A stretch of 24,309 nucleotides of DNA from the IMG/VR virus record IMGVR_UViG_3300021197_000162, positions 1-24,309 of that record; one strand, given 5' to 3'. Below are positions 8,491 to 16,846 of the stretch, piece after piece. The position numbers and the translations under genes were made by a program. Under the pieces are notes generated by a model that was not told the origin of the DNA, made no database searches, and saw nothing but the letters and a program-made list of their open reading frames with translations. The number at the start of each line of letters is the position of its first letter. Positions within the stretch are counted from its first letter, which is position 1. Source of the DNA: a virus (lineage: Duplodnaviria > Caudoviricetes).

Positions 8491-9144
8491 TTAATTGTTC
8501 TTACACCAAGAAGGTAAACCTAACATAGGTCTGCCGTCATATTTGTTTTTCTCAGCAAATTGTCCATTTATATGGTTATAATGTAAAAATACCTGTCCAC
8601 ATAAACTACCCTCAAAAGTCTCTCGCCAATGCTCTAATTCACAACCAGAATATACTAACATATCACCTGGTTCTAAATCAACTTTAACTCCTTTTGGAGC
8701 ATCGGGTTTCATTATGTTTTCTTGTTCATTAATAACATTATTGGTTCCTGTTGGGTCTACAAAGATAGGCCAAGGGTCACCACCAAGATTTAGAGTAGCA
8801 GATATCTCACAGCTAGCTCTATCCTTATGTCTTTTTAAAATAGCCCCATTCTCATAAACTCTTGTATAGGCGTATGTGGGTACTAGGTCGAGTTCTGTTT
8901 GTTCTTTCATAATGGGTAGCACTTTGACCATTAACGTTTCCATAACATCATTACCATACTCAGAGTAGGTATTAGGTACTTGAGAATCTCTCCATGTTCC
9001 ATAATGTCCGTTGTCAGCAGTCAAATTATTTTGATACATGTATTGAACAGCATCTCTTCTAAGTAATTGATAATTAAAAACAAAATTTGCTAACTCATAT
9101 GAGATAGCGTTCTTGATAACTTGATATTTATTTTCATTAAACAT
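8491..9144 (-). CDS. 2OG-Fe(II) oxygenase superfamily protein
   Basis: YTRVYENGAILKRHKDR (HxD), CEISATL, LEPGDMLVY..CELEHWRE (distal His); SD AAGGAG. Confidence 0.8.
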   Translation of the reverse strand: MFNENKYQVIKNAISYELANFVFNYQLLRRDAVQYMYQNNLTADNGHYGTWRDSQVPNTYSEYGNDVMETLMVKVLPIMKEQTELDLVPTYAYTRVYENGAILKRHKDRASCEISATLNLGGDPWPIFVDPTGTNNVINEQENIMKPDAPKGVKVDLEPGDMLVYSGCELEHWRETFEGSLCGQVFLHYNHINGQFAEKNKYDGRPMLGLPSWCKNN

Positions 9145-9153
9145 AGTGTCTCC

Positions 9154-9744
9154 TTATATCATTAATGATTTTTGTAAAAAATTAAACGATACTGATATTC
9201 GAGTATCATCAGACTGATTAGGATCAACACAGTGTGTTAGCCATGCAGGAAACATAATCAATCTACCTGCGATAGGTTCATAACTTTTCTCTCTCCATAA
9301 TCTTTCAGGCACTTCTCCCTCTTTCATAGTAGGTCTTGATAAAGCTGCAACTGATCGTGGATCATCTATTACCAATCTACCACAGTTCTTTGGAGCTTTG
9401 ACATAATAAACACCTGCCCATAAAGAATTAGGATGTATGTGAGCACGATTCATACCACCAGGAGGATTTACATTAGCCCACATACCACCCAAGAAAGGCT
9501 CACTATTATAATTTTCTTCTTGATAAATTTTATGTTGTGCTTCAAATAATCCCTGCACTAATCTTTTGTATTCTGGTTTCATGTGCATGTCAGTAGTAGA
9601 GTGCCAACCTTTGACATTGGTTTTTTTTACTCCTGCATCTTGTTGCATCCAATTCAATATATCTCTTTCTAGTTGTTCATTTAAAGACGGATCATTATGA
9701 TCAAAGATATAAATAGGAGTAGGAAATAATAGTTCTCTAATCAT
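9154..9744 (-). CDS. Putative 2OG-Fe(II) oxygenase, TIGR02466-like
   Basis: LFPTPIY start, WANVNPPGGMNRAHIHPNS (HxH), GVYYV, LIMFPAWLTHCV, RISVSFN. Start moved to ATG 9744 (ATGA overlap with upstream stop; 196 aa). Confidence 0.85.
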   Translation of the reverse strand: MIRELLFPTPIYIFDHNDPSLNEQLERDILNWMQQDAGVKKTNVKGWHSTTDMHMKPEYKRLVQGLFEAQHKIYQEENYNSEPFLGGMWANVNPPGGMNRAHIHPNSLWAGVYYVKAPKNCGRLVIDDPRSVAALSRPTMKEGEVPERLWREKSYEPIAGRLIMFPAWLTHCVDPNQSDDTRISVSFNFLQKSLMI

Positions 9745-10355
9745 TTTAAAGGAGGACCTCCAAACCAAACAACTAATGATTTTCTCAGTCCTCTAGTAAC
9801 AGGAGCTACTCGGTGACTTATAAAAGAAGCAAAGAAAATAGCGTGACCTTGTTTAATAGGTGCTTTTTTACCAGGACCAATTAACTCTAGTTCACCACCC
9901 TCAAACTCACTTTCATGGGATAGTAATAATGTCATAGATATTTTTCTAACAGGAGGTTCGTTTGTACATTCAAAATTACTATCTTGATGCCACTGATAAT
10001 AACCGCCTTCAGGGTATTCTGTATATTGAGCTGGTTCTGTTAATTGCATACCTTCAAAGCCAAAATGATTTTGATTTGTTTGATGCATGACGTGTTCTAG
10101 TTTACGATACATAGGTTCTAGTGCATCAAAGGGTATCCAAGAAATATGACTTGTTCTTATATTTTTATCTACTTCTCCACCTTTAACATTACCTCCCACT
10201 TCTGCTGTTTTTGCAGGCAAAGATTGACCAGTGTTAATAATTTGTTGACATTGTTCAGGTGAAAATACAGGTATGTTTGTTTGCACAATATAAGATTTCC
10301 AACGTGGTTCTCTAATCATTCTAGGTTTATTGTAATATATAAATTTATTTGTCAT
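9741..10355 (-). CDS. 2OG-Fe(II) oxygenase, prolyl-4-hydroxylase/PKHD-like
   Basis: QYTEYPEGGYYQWHQD (HxD), RKISMTLLLS, FEGGEL, SFISHRVAPVTRGLRKSLVVW (distal His and RxS). Confidence 0.88.
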   Translation of the reverse strand: MTNKFIYYNKPRMIREPRWKSYIVQTNIPVFSPEQCQQIINTGQSLPAKTAEVGGNVKGGEVDKNIRTSHISWIPFDALEPMYRKLEHVMHQTNQNHFGFEGMQLTEPAQYTEYPEGGYYQWHQDSNFECTNEPPVRKISMTLLLSHESEFEGGELELIGPGKKAPIKQGHAIFFASFISHRVAPVTRGLRKSLVVWFGGPPLK

Positions 10356-11005
10356 TATACTGCTCCTCTTGTTGTAATAGGGTTATATTCCACATCACAA
10401 TTTGCGGCCAATGTTCTTCTTGTTTGATCGGTGCCATTAAAAGGATAAACACAGTGACGCATATCATAAGGAAATACATAAAAGTCTCTTAAATTCATAG
10501 GGGGTTGATAATCTATTTTTGCAAACTGTCCTGACGCAGAACCTAATAGTTGTAATCTTCCATTTTGTGGTTTGTCAGAAGAAGAGTATTCTGTGCCATA
10601 TGTATCAGGTAATCCTAATATCATCACACTAGAGAGACCTGTAAATAAAGTACCTCGATGAATATGAGTAGGATTGTATTCGTGTTCTTTCATTTCATTT
10701 ATCCATATAGAATTAATATGTATGTTATATTTATAAATCTTATTGAATTCTAAATAATGTTTGTATACCTGTTCAAACCATAAAAGAATATCTAGTGGTA
10801 AAAAATTGTGTTTTTTAATTTTTGATTCATCTTCACCATTATAATAAATAGAACTTTCTTTTTGTATTTTACCTATTAAAGTTTCGTTTGCAGAGGGAAG
10901 ACTTTTAAATTCATTCTCATAGACGGCATTGAGCGTTAAAAAAATATCATGAGGAACTTGATATTTTATTATTGTTTGGCCTAAGTTTATAGATTCAAAT
11001 TTCAC
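10355..11005 (-). CDS. Putative 2OG-Fe(II) oxygenase (HxH type)
   Basis: WINEMKEHEYNPTHIH (HxH), LSSVMIL, FYVFPYDMRHCVYPF, RRTLAAN. Confidence 0.8.
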   Translation of the reverse strand: MKFESINLGQTIIKYQVPHDIFLTLNAVYENEFKSLPSANETLIGKIQKESSIYYNGEDESKIKKHNFLPLDILLWFEQVYKHYLEFNKIYKYNIHINSIWINEMKEHEYNPTHIHRGTLFTGLSSVMILGLPDTYGTEYSSSDKPQNGRLQLLGSASGQFAKIDYQPPMNLRDFYVFPYDMRHCVYPFNGTDQTRRTLAANCDVEYNPITTRGAV

Positions 11006-11666
11006 TTTTAGGTAATTGTTTTTCTTTCTCTGTTTTATTTTCTAATTCACCTGATTTTTTAATTCGTTGTAAACCTTGTAATTGACCTAGTACATTAAAC
11101 TTATCTGCATCCGATGAATTATCTGATAGTTGTTTTGCTTTTTCAGCATACTGTCTTCCATAAGATTCTAGCTGATGTTCGTTGACATCTTGATCATTAA
11201 AAGATCCATCATTAAATTCGTTTTTTAATTTAGACCACATCTTAATTTCTCTCATTCGATGATATCCTGTTTTTTCCATAGAAGCTTTTTGATAACGACA
11301 CTCATCTAAATCTATTTGCAATGTAGTAATTTCATGTTTGTCTTTTTCTGTTTTTAAGTCTTCTTCTATTTTATCAATCTTTGCTTGATTGCGTCTATAT
11401 TCAAAAGATAAAGACATCAAATTGTCTAAGTAACTTGATTGCTCTCTTACACATTGCCAATACTTTGCAGCTTTTGTAGGATAACGATTATCTTGAAGAA
11501 CAGAAAAACGTGCTTCTGTTTCTGTGCGAAACATTTGTTTCTTTGTCCAAGTATCTCTCAACTCGGAGGTCATTGATTGAAAAATTTTTAAATCTTCTGG
11601 GTCTAAAAGATTGTTAAGGCTTTCGCTTTCCTTTTCAATAAGGATCTTTAAATTTTCTTTTTTCAT
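10995..11666 (-). CDS. Coiled-coil hypothetical protein heading the oxygenase cassette
   Basis: 223 aa, highly charged/helical, FRTETEARFSVL..YPTKAAKYWQCVREQ core; 11-nt overlap with first oxygenase; no recognised catalytic motif. Confidence 0.7.
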   Translation of the reverse strand: MKKENLKILIEKESESLNNLLDPEDLKIFQSMTSELRDTWTKKQMFRTETEARFSVLQDNRYPTKAAKYWQCVREQSSYLDNLMSLSFEYRRNQAKIDKIEEDLKTEKDKHEITTLQIDLDECRYQKASMEKTGYHRMREIKMWSKLKNEFNDGSFNDQDVNEHQLESYGRQYAEKAKQLSDNSSDADKFNVLGQLQGLQRIKKSGELENKTEKEKQLPKSEI

Positions 11667-11680
11667 TTCTCTTTCAAGAG

Positions 11681-11709
11681 ATTATATAAAAAATTATAAA
11701 ATATTACAA
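11681..11709 (-). promoter_or_regulatory. Sigma70-type promoter for the coiled-coil/oxygenase cassette
   Basis: TTGTAA (11709-11704), 17-nt spacer, perfect TATAAT (11686-11681) in the short intergenic gap, 14 nt before the ATG. Confidence 0.7.
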
Positions 11710-11712
11710 CTA

Positions 11713-12696
11713 TTAATCAGTGCCTATTGTTGCTGATACAATACCCCCAGCAGCTGTAAATTCTTCTGTGGCCGCTGAAGCAGAAGAACCATCATAACCA
11801 CCAAATGCTGCTCCTGCTGTGTTAGTTCCTGCTCCTGAAAGTAATCGTCTTGCTGTAGCTAAGTCAGCAGTTTCTGTCCAGCTTGTGCCGTTCCATGTTT
11901 CTGTTATGGCTCTCTCATTAGGAGATCCAACATATCCTCCAGCACACAACGCTGCTGTATTTGTGGCACCAAAACCAGCAAGTTGTGATCTTGCAGTGTT
12001 AAGGTCATTTACTTCCGTCCAGCTTGAGCCGTTCCACGACTCTGTATTAGCTTTATTTGGTTCTCCTCCACCAAAGGCTAAAGCCGCTGTATTAGTCCCT
12101 GCCCCACCTAAAAAAAGTCTAGCTGTATTCAAGTCACCAACTTCTGTCCAACTGCTGCCGTTCCAATTTTCATTTAATGCTGATCCACTAGTAGGAGGAT
12201 TTCCACCTATAGCTAGCGCTGCTGTAGAAGTGCCTGCTCCAGCTAATTCACGCCTACCTGTGTTCATATCGTTTACTTCTGTCCAACTGCTACCATTCCA
12301 TGATTCTGTTAAGGCTTGTACACCTGTAGAAGGCGGAGAGACAAATCCACCAAAAGCTATAGCTGCTGTATTATTTGCTCCTGCGCCTCCAGGTAACTCT
12401 CTACCTTGATTTAAGTCACCGACTTCTGTCCAACTTGAGCCATTGTATGATTCTGTCAAAGCAGAATTACTACCTCCAGCAAAAAACAATGCAGAGGTTT
12501 GTATTCCAGCTGCTCCAGAATTATATCTTGCTGAATTTAAATTACCACCTGAGGACCATCCTGTGGCTGATCCTACCACACCTACTTTCATAACTTGATT
12601 TGTTTCATCATACCAAACCTGACCTTCTTTAATATAGTCAGGATTAGTTGTGTAGTTTTTAACTGTGCCTCCACGTGTTTCTTTATAAGTTGCCAT
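11713..12696 (-). CDS. Kelch-like six-blade beta-propeller protein (paralogue 3), putative virion adhesin
   Basis: Six ~42-50 aa repeats WTEVxDLNTAR..LAGAGTxTAALAFGG..TESWNGSS, Kelch-like GG..Y/W..W spacing, after an MATYKE..P..EGQVWY arm. Confidence 0.75.
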   Translation of the reverse strand: MATYKETRGGTVKNYTTNPDYIKEGQVWYDETNQVMKVGVVGSATGWSSGGNLNSARYNSGAAGIQTSALFFAGGSNSALTESYNGSSWTEVGDLNQGRELPGGAGANNTAAIAFGGFVSPPSTGVQALTESWNGSSWTEVNDMNTGRRELAGAGTSTAALAIGGNPPTSGSALNENWNGSSWTEVGDLNTARLFLGGAGTNTAALAFGGGEPNKANTESWNGSSWTEVNDLNTARSQLAGFGATNTAALCAGGYVGSPNERAITETWNGTSWTETADLATARRLLSGAGTNTAGAAFGGYDGSSASAATEEFTAAGGIVSATIGTD

Positions 12697-12698
12697 AA

Positions 12699-13667
12699 TT
12701 ATTCATCCGTTATTGTTTCTATTACTGTTGCTGGTGAGGAAAACTCTTCTGTGGCCGCTGTGCTACTCGGAGTTGCACCACCAAACGCCAATCCAGCTGT
12801 GTTGGTTCCACCCCCTGCCAATTGAAACCTTGCTGTAGATAAATCACCTACTTCTGTCCAGCTCGATCCATTCCATGTTTCTGTTTTACCTGTTACAGCT
12901 GGTTCTAGACCACCAAAGCATAAAGCTGCTGTTATAATACCATCTCCTCCAGGATCACGATGAGCTACATTAAGATCACCTACTTCTGTCCAGCTCGATC
13001 CATTCCATGATTCATTTGTTGCTTGAAAAGGGTTACCTGGACTTCCTCCACCAAAACCTATACCACTTGTATTACTTGCACCAGCTCCACCCATAGAACC
13101 TCTTGCTGAATTAAGGTCACTTACTTCTGTCCAACTAGATCCATTCCATGATTCTGTTGCTCCAACAGTGGGAACACTGAAACCTCCGAAAACTAAAGCA
13201 GATGTTTGTGTTCCAAAACCCGTTACAGCATATCTCCCTGTATTTAAGTCACCAACTTCTGTCCAGCTCGTTCCATTCCATGTTTCTGTAATAACTTGAA
13301 CTGGTGCAATATATCCTCCAGTTCCTAAAGCGGCTGTTTGTGTTCCCACCCCTGCAAGCTGTCGTCTAGCAGTATTAAGATCATTCACTTCAGTCCAACT
13401 TGATCCGTTATATTCCTCTGTTGCACCAACGTTAGCGGTTGTGTAACCAGCAAAAGCCAAACCCGCTGTTTGCGACCCTGCTCCTCCCAAGCCTGATCGT
13501 CCAGAATTTAAATTACCACCTGTTGCCCACGCTCCCGTTGTAGAAGTTTTAGCAAATTTCATTCTATAAGTGGATGAGTTATACCAAAGTTGACCATTAA
13601 CAGGAGCAGGTGGATCACCTGCAATGACCTGAACTTTTGTACCGTGTATTTCTTTATAAGTTGCCAT
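12699..13667 (-). CDS. Kelch-like six-blade beta-propeller protein (paralogue 2)
   Basis: Same N-terminal arm (MATYKE..DPPAPVNGQLWY), six repeats, ATEEF closure. Confidence 0.75.
   Translation of the reverse strand: MATYKEIHGTKVQVIAGDPPAPVNGQLWYNSSTYRMKFAKTSTTGAWATGGNLNSGRSGLGGAGSQTAGLAFAGYTTANVGATEEYNGSSWTEVNDLNTARRQLAGVGTQTAALGTGGYIAPVQVITETWNGTSWTEVGDLNTGRYAVTGFGTQTSALVFGGFSVPTVGATESWNGSSWTEVSDLNSARGSMGGAGASNTSGIGFGGGSPGNPFQATNESWNGSSWTEVGDLNVAHRDPGGDGIITAALCFGGLEPAVTGKTETWNGSSWTEVGDLSTARFQLAGGGTNTAGLAFGGATPSSTAATEEFSSPATVIETITDE
12843..13009. repeat. Perfect 35-nt direct repeat between adjacent Kelch blades (12843-12877 and 12975-13009)
   Basis: ATCACCTACTTCTGTCCAGCTCGATCCATTCCATG read at both positions, 132 nt (44 codons) apart. 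Confidence 0.88.
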
Positions 13668-13671
13668 GATT

Positions 13672-14715
13672 CTATGATGTTTCTATTGATGTTGCTGTTA
13701 TGGTGTCTGGACTAACACCAGCTCCTGTAAATTCTTCTGTTGCTACTGTAGGGTTTGGATCTCTACCACCAAAAGCTATTCCTGCTGTGTTAGTCCCTCC
13801 TCCTGCTAAATCATATCTCGATGTATTTAAATCAACAATTTCTGTCCAACTTGATCCATTCCAAGATTCTACTATAGCTGTTTTAGGACCATTGAAACCA
13901 ATTTGTCCTCCAAAAACTATAGCTGCTGTATTGTTTGGTTGTGATCCCGTTATCCCTAAGTCTCGTCTGTTTGTATTTAAATCACCAACTTCCGTCCAAG
14001 AAGAACCGTTCCATGTTTCAGTTAGTGCAGAAGAAGGTGGTTGTCCTCCTACAATTCCTCCAACAGCTAAAGCTGATGTATAAATTCCTGATCCTGCTAA
14101 ATCATTTCTAACTTGATTTAAATCAGCAACTTCCGACCAAGAAGAACCGTTAAACACTTCTGTTTCACCATGTGATCCACTAGTAGGACCTGCTGGACTA
14201 AAACCTCCAAAAGCAACAGCAGCTGTATTGTCAGCTCCAGCGCCCGCTAAACTTTGCCTTGCTGTATTAAGATCACCAACTTCTGTCCAATTAGATCCGT
14301 TCCAAGATTCGTTTTCAGTGGTTTGAACTCCTCCGGGAGATTTTCTACCACCATAAAGTAAAGCTGAAGTTTGTGTTCCGTTTGATCCTACGTCAGCTCT
14401 GTCTGTATTTGTATCATTGACCTCTGTCCAACTAGAACCATTATATGATTCTGTTTCACCATAATAATAATTGGGATCAAGTCCAGCGAAAGCTAACGCT
14501 GCTGTTTGTGTTCCTGCACCACCTAAAGCAAATCTACCTAAATTAAGATTACCACCTGTTGCCCAAGAAGCTGAAGTAGGACTACCCTCGGTAAATTTTC
14601 CGTACCTTAGTTTACCCGTATCTTCGTTATACCAGACCTCCCCTTCTTTAACATTAGAAGGATTGGTTGCCCTATTTTGAATGGAACCTCCGTTTATTTC
14701 TCTGTAGGTTGCCAC
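13672..14715 (-). CDS. Kelch-like six-blade beta-propeller protein (paralogue 1)
   Basis: GTG start with GAGG SD; MATYRE..NP..KEGEVWY arm, six repeats, ATEEF closure. Confidence 0.75.
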   Translation of the reverse strand: MATYREINGGSIQNRATNPSNVKEGEVWYNEDTGKLRYGKFTEGSPTSASWATGGNLNLGRFALGGAGTQTAALAFAGLDPNYYYGETESYNGSSWTEVNDTNTDRADVGSNGTQTSALLYGGRKSPGGVQTTENESWNGSNWTEVGDLNTARQSLAGAGADNTAAVAFGGFSPAGPTSGSHGETEVFNGSSWSEVADLNQVRNDLAGSGIYTSALAVGGIVGGQPPSSALTETWNGSSWTEVGDLNTNRRDLGITGSQPNNTAAIVFGGQIGFNGPKTAIVESWNGSSWTEIVDLNTSRYDLAGGGTNTAGIAFGGRDPNPTVATEEFTGAGVSPDTITATSIETS

Positions 14716-14716
14716 T

Positions 14717-15037
14717 TTATTCCTCTAATGTTATATCTAAAGGCCGTGTTCCAAGTCTTAAATCTTTTTCCTCTGATGTTTCACCATCAACATTGTCTGC
14801 ATCCCAATCAGATTGAGCTTTTGTAATAACAGCATCAACAATTGCTTGAGCTTCAGCACATGTTTTGGGAACACCTAAAACTTTATTAATCCATAAATTA
14901 GCAAATTTATTATTTGCGGGAACTTGCCAAACATTACCGGGATGTCCGCTAAAAGTAATTTTAATAGATTCACTGTGTTCAATAAACCCTTTTCCCCAGT
15001 TTTCTGCCACACAATATTGATAATTTTTATTTGCCAT
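14717..15037 (-). CDS. Hypothetical protein between tail fibre and Kelch genes (possible assembly chaperone/adaptor)
   Basis: 106 aa, strong SD GAGGAG, Trp-rich (NWGKGFI, GHPGNVWQV); role inferred from position only. Confidence 0.65.
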   Translation of the reverse strand: MANKNYQYCVAENWGKGFIEHSESIKITFSGHPGNVWQVPANNKFANLWINKVLGVPKTCAEAQAIVDAVITKAQSDWDADNVDGETSEEKDLRLGTRPLDITLEE

Positions 15038-15048
15038 ATTAATCTCCT

Positions 15049-16836
15049 CTATTTATTTCTTAGTAGCCAACCCTTGGTGCTGTCAACATACACTAAACTA
15101 TTGCCTGCTCCTTCAACAGAAATTGTTAAGTCTGCTGAGGCACCTTCAATTTTATGCGAGTTTCTACCCACTGTCAAAGTGTATGTATCAAAACTATTTG
15201 CGTAATCTTTAAAAGAAACTTCATCTCCTATAGAAGCGGAACTAGGAAGAGTCATTGTAATCGCAGAACTTGATGTATTTATGAAATAACCTTCACCTGC
15301 TGCAGCAGTAAAGTTTGATGTCTTAACTGCCTGCCAATCAGTACCTGCTGATATTGTTGCACTGCCACCTAAAGAAACAGCAGTACCATTTAAGGTAATA
15401 GATGAATTTGCTAGCGAACCGTTAGCAATATTTGTAAGTGTGTTATCAGGACCATTGATTGTTTTGTTTGTTAAAGTGTCTGTTGTTGCTTTACCTACTA
15501 ATGTGTCTGTAGCCGCTGGAAGTGTTACAGTGACGTCCGCTGTTGATGCAGGTCCAATAAGTGTTACTTTATTTGTGCCATTGTCACTATCTTCAAAGAA
15601 CTCTAAAAATCCTGCACTAGTTGCACCATTCTTTAATTGTACACCTGCATTTGCTATTGGAGTTGTTAATGTAGGAGTAGTTAAAGTTTTATTAGTTAGT
15701 GTTTGAGTAGCAGCTAAACCTACAAAACTTTCGGATTGTAAAGCACTATTAAATTCCGTTAAAGAACCTGTGAGTGTATTGTTTGCTAAATCAATTGATT
15801 TGTTTGTTAAAGTATCAGTGGTTGCTTTGCCCACCAAAGTATCTGTGGCAGCTGGAAGAGTTATGGTAACGTCTGCGGTAGAAGCTGGACCTATTAAAGT
15901 AGCTTTATTTGTTCCGTTATCACTGTCTTCAAAAAATTCTAAGAAACCCGCACTCGTAGAACCATTTTTTAATTGAGCACCTGCATTTACTACGGGAGTT
16001 GTTATAGTTGGTGTAGTTAAAGTTTTATTGGTTAAAGTTTGAGTAGCAGTTGTTCCTACTAATTCTTGATCACTACCATCTGGTAATGTTAATGTGTTCG
16101 TGGCCCCTGCGGAGTGAGGCTGTGCTTGTAATTTTTGTGCGTGAGCATTACCTGACTCACAATAAAGTTTTAATTGAGCTCTAGAACCACTGTTGGTTTT
16201 TAGGTCAATAACTCCACCTTCAACAGTTAAATCGTCCCCTACAGTTATATCACCCGAAACATCTACGTTACCATTAATATCTATTGTAGTTGCAACTATT
16301 TGAATTTCTGTATCTGCAAATAAGTCTAATTGACCATCAGCAGAAGAATTAATACCTAAAGCTGAATCTCTGAAAAGTAATTTGTTTGTACTATTTAAAG
16401 TTAGACCTGTTCCGTCTGTATGTGTTAGAGTTGTATCTGAATCAGCACCAAACTTTAAAACTGCAGAATCAGATCCTAATATTAAATCATTTGGTAATGT
16501 TACGTCAGAGCTACCGTCTTCATGCACTGCTTTACTAGCAGGCATTGTACAAAAGACATCTTTTGTTCCGGCGCTAAAGTTAACAGCACTATCACTATTA
16601 GAACTAGATATAATTGTAGTTCTAGCTAAAGTATCTGGTGACGCATCTGTTATAGTGCCTAAACCAACTTCAAATTCTGCTGAGCTTCTGTGAACTATAG
16701 CATAGTAAGTAGTATTACTATTTCCTATTCCTGCCACAAAAGTTTCAAAATTAGTTTGAGCACCACCTAGATTAATCGTACCTGTACCGGTCGTAGTGGT
16801 GGTTTCTTTAACTCTGTCGTTTAAAACTAAAGCCAT
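15049..16836 (-). CDS. Tail fibre protein
   Basis: 595 aa, Thr/Ser/Gly-rich; MALVLNDRVKETTTTTGTG anchor, four TLTNK(T/S) shaft motifs, 83-aa internal duplication, C-terminal gp9/gp10-like domain. Confidence 0.8.
   Translation of the reverse strand: MALVLNDRVKETTTTTGTGTINLGGAQTNFETFVAGIGNSNTTYYAIVHRSSAEFEVGLGTITDASPDTLARTTIISSSNSDSAVNFSAGTKDVFCTMPASKAVHEDGSSDVTLPNDLILGSDSAVLKFGADSDTTLTHTDGTGLTLNSTNKLLFRDSALGINSSADGQLDLFADTEIQIVATTIDINGNVDVSGDITVGDDLTVEGGVIDLKTNSGSRAQLKLYCESGNAHAQKLQAQPHSAGATNTLTLPDGSDQELVGTTATQTLTNKTLTTPTITTPVVNAGAQLKNGSTSAGFLEFFEDSDNGTNKATLIGPASTADVTITLPAATDTLVGKATTDTLTNKSIDLANNTLTGSLTEFNSALQSESFVGLAATQTLTNKTLTTPTLTTPIANAGVQLKNGATSAGFLEFFEDSDNGTNKVTLIGPASTADVTVTLPAATDTLVGKATTDTLTNKTINGPDNTLTNIANGSLANSSITLNGTAVSLGGSATISAGTDWQAVKTSNFTAAAGEGYFINTSSSAITMTLPSSASIGDEVSFKDYANSFDTYTLTVGRNSHKIEGASADLTISVEGAGNSLVYVDSTKGWLLRNK
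15463..16047 (-). repeat. 83-codon internal duplication in the tail fibre (15799-16047 and 15463-15711)
   Basis: 76 of 83 residues identical by manual comparison; copies offset by 336 nt. Confidence 0.9.
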
Positions 16837-16846
16837 AGCTTATTTA

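Noticed and set aside
11860-14450. Regularly spaced ACTTCTGTCCA-type repeats resembling a CRISPR array
   Set aside because: Period of about 130-150 nt in multiples of three, wobble-position variation, encode WTEV blade motifs; no cas genes.
11713-16836. Diversity-generating retroelement template/variable repeat pair
   Set aside because: No reverse transcriptase in the window, both copies of each repeat are coding, and mismatches are synonymous rather than adenine-specific.
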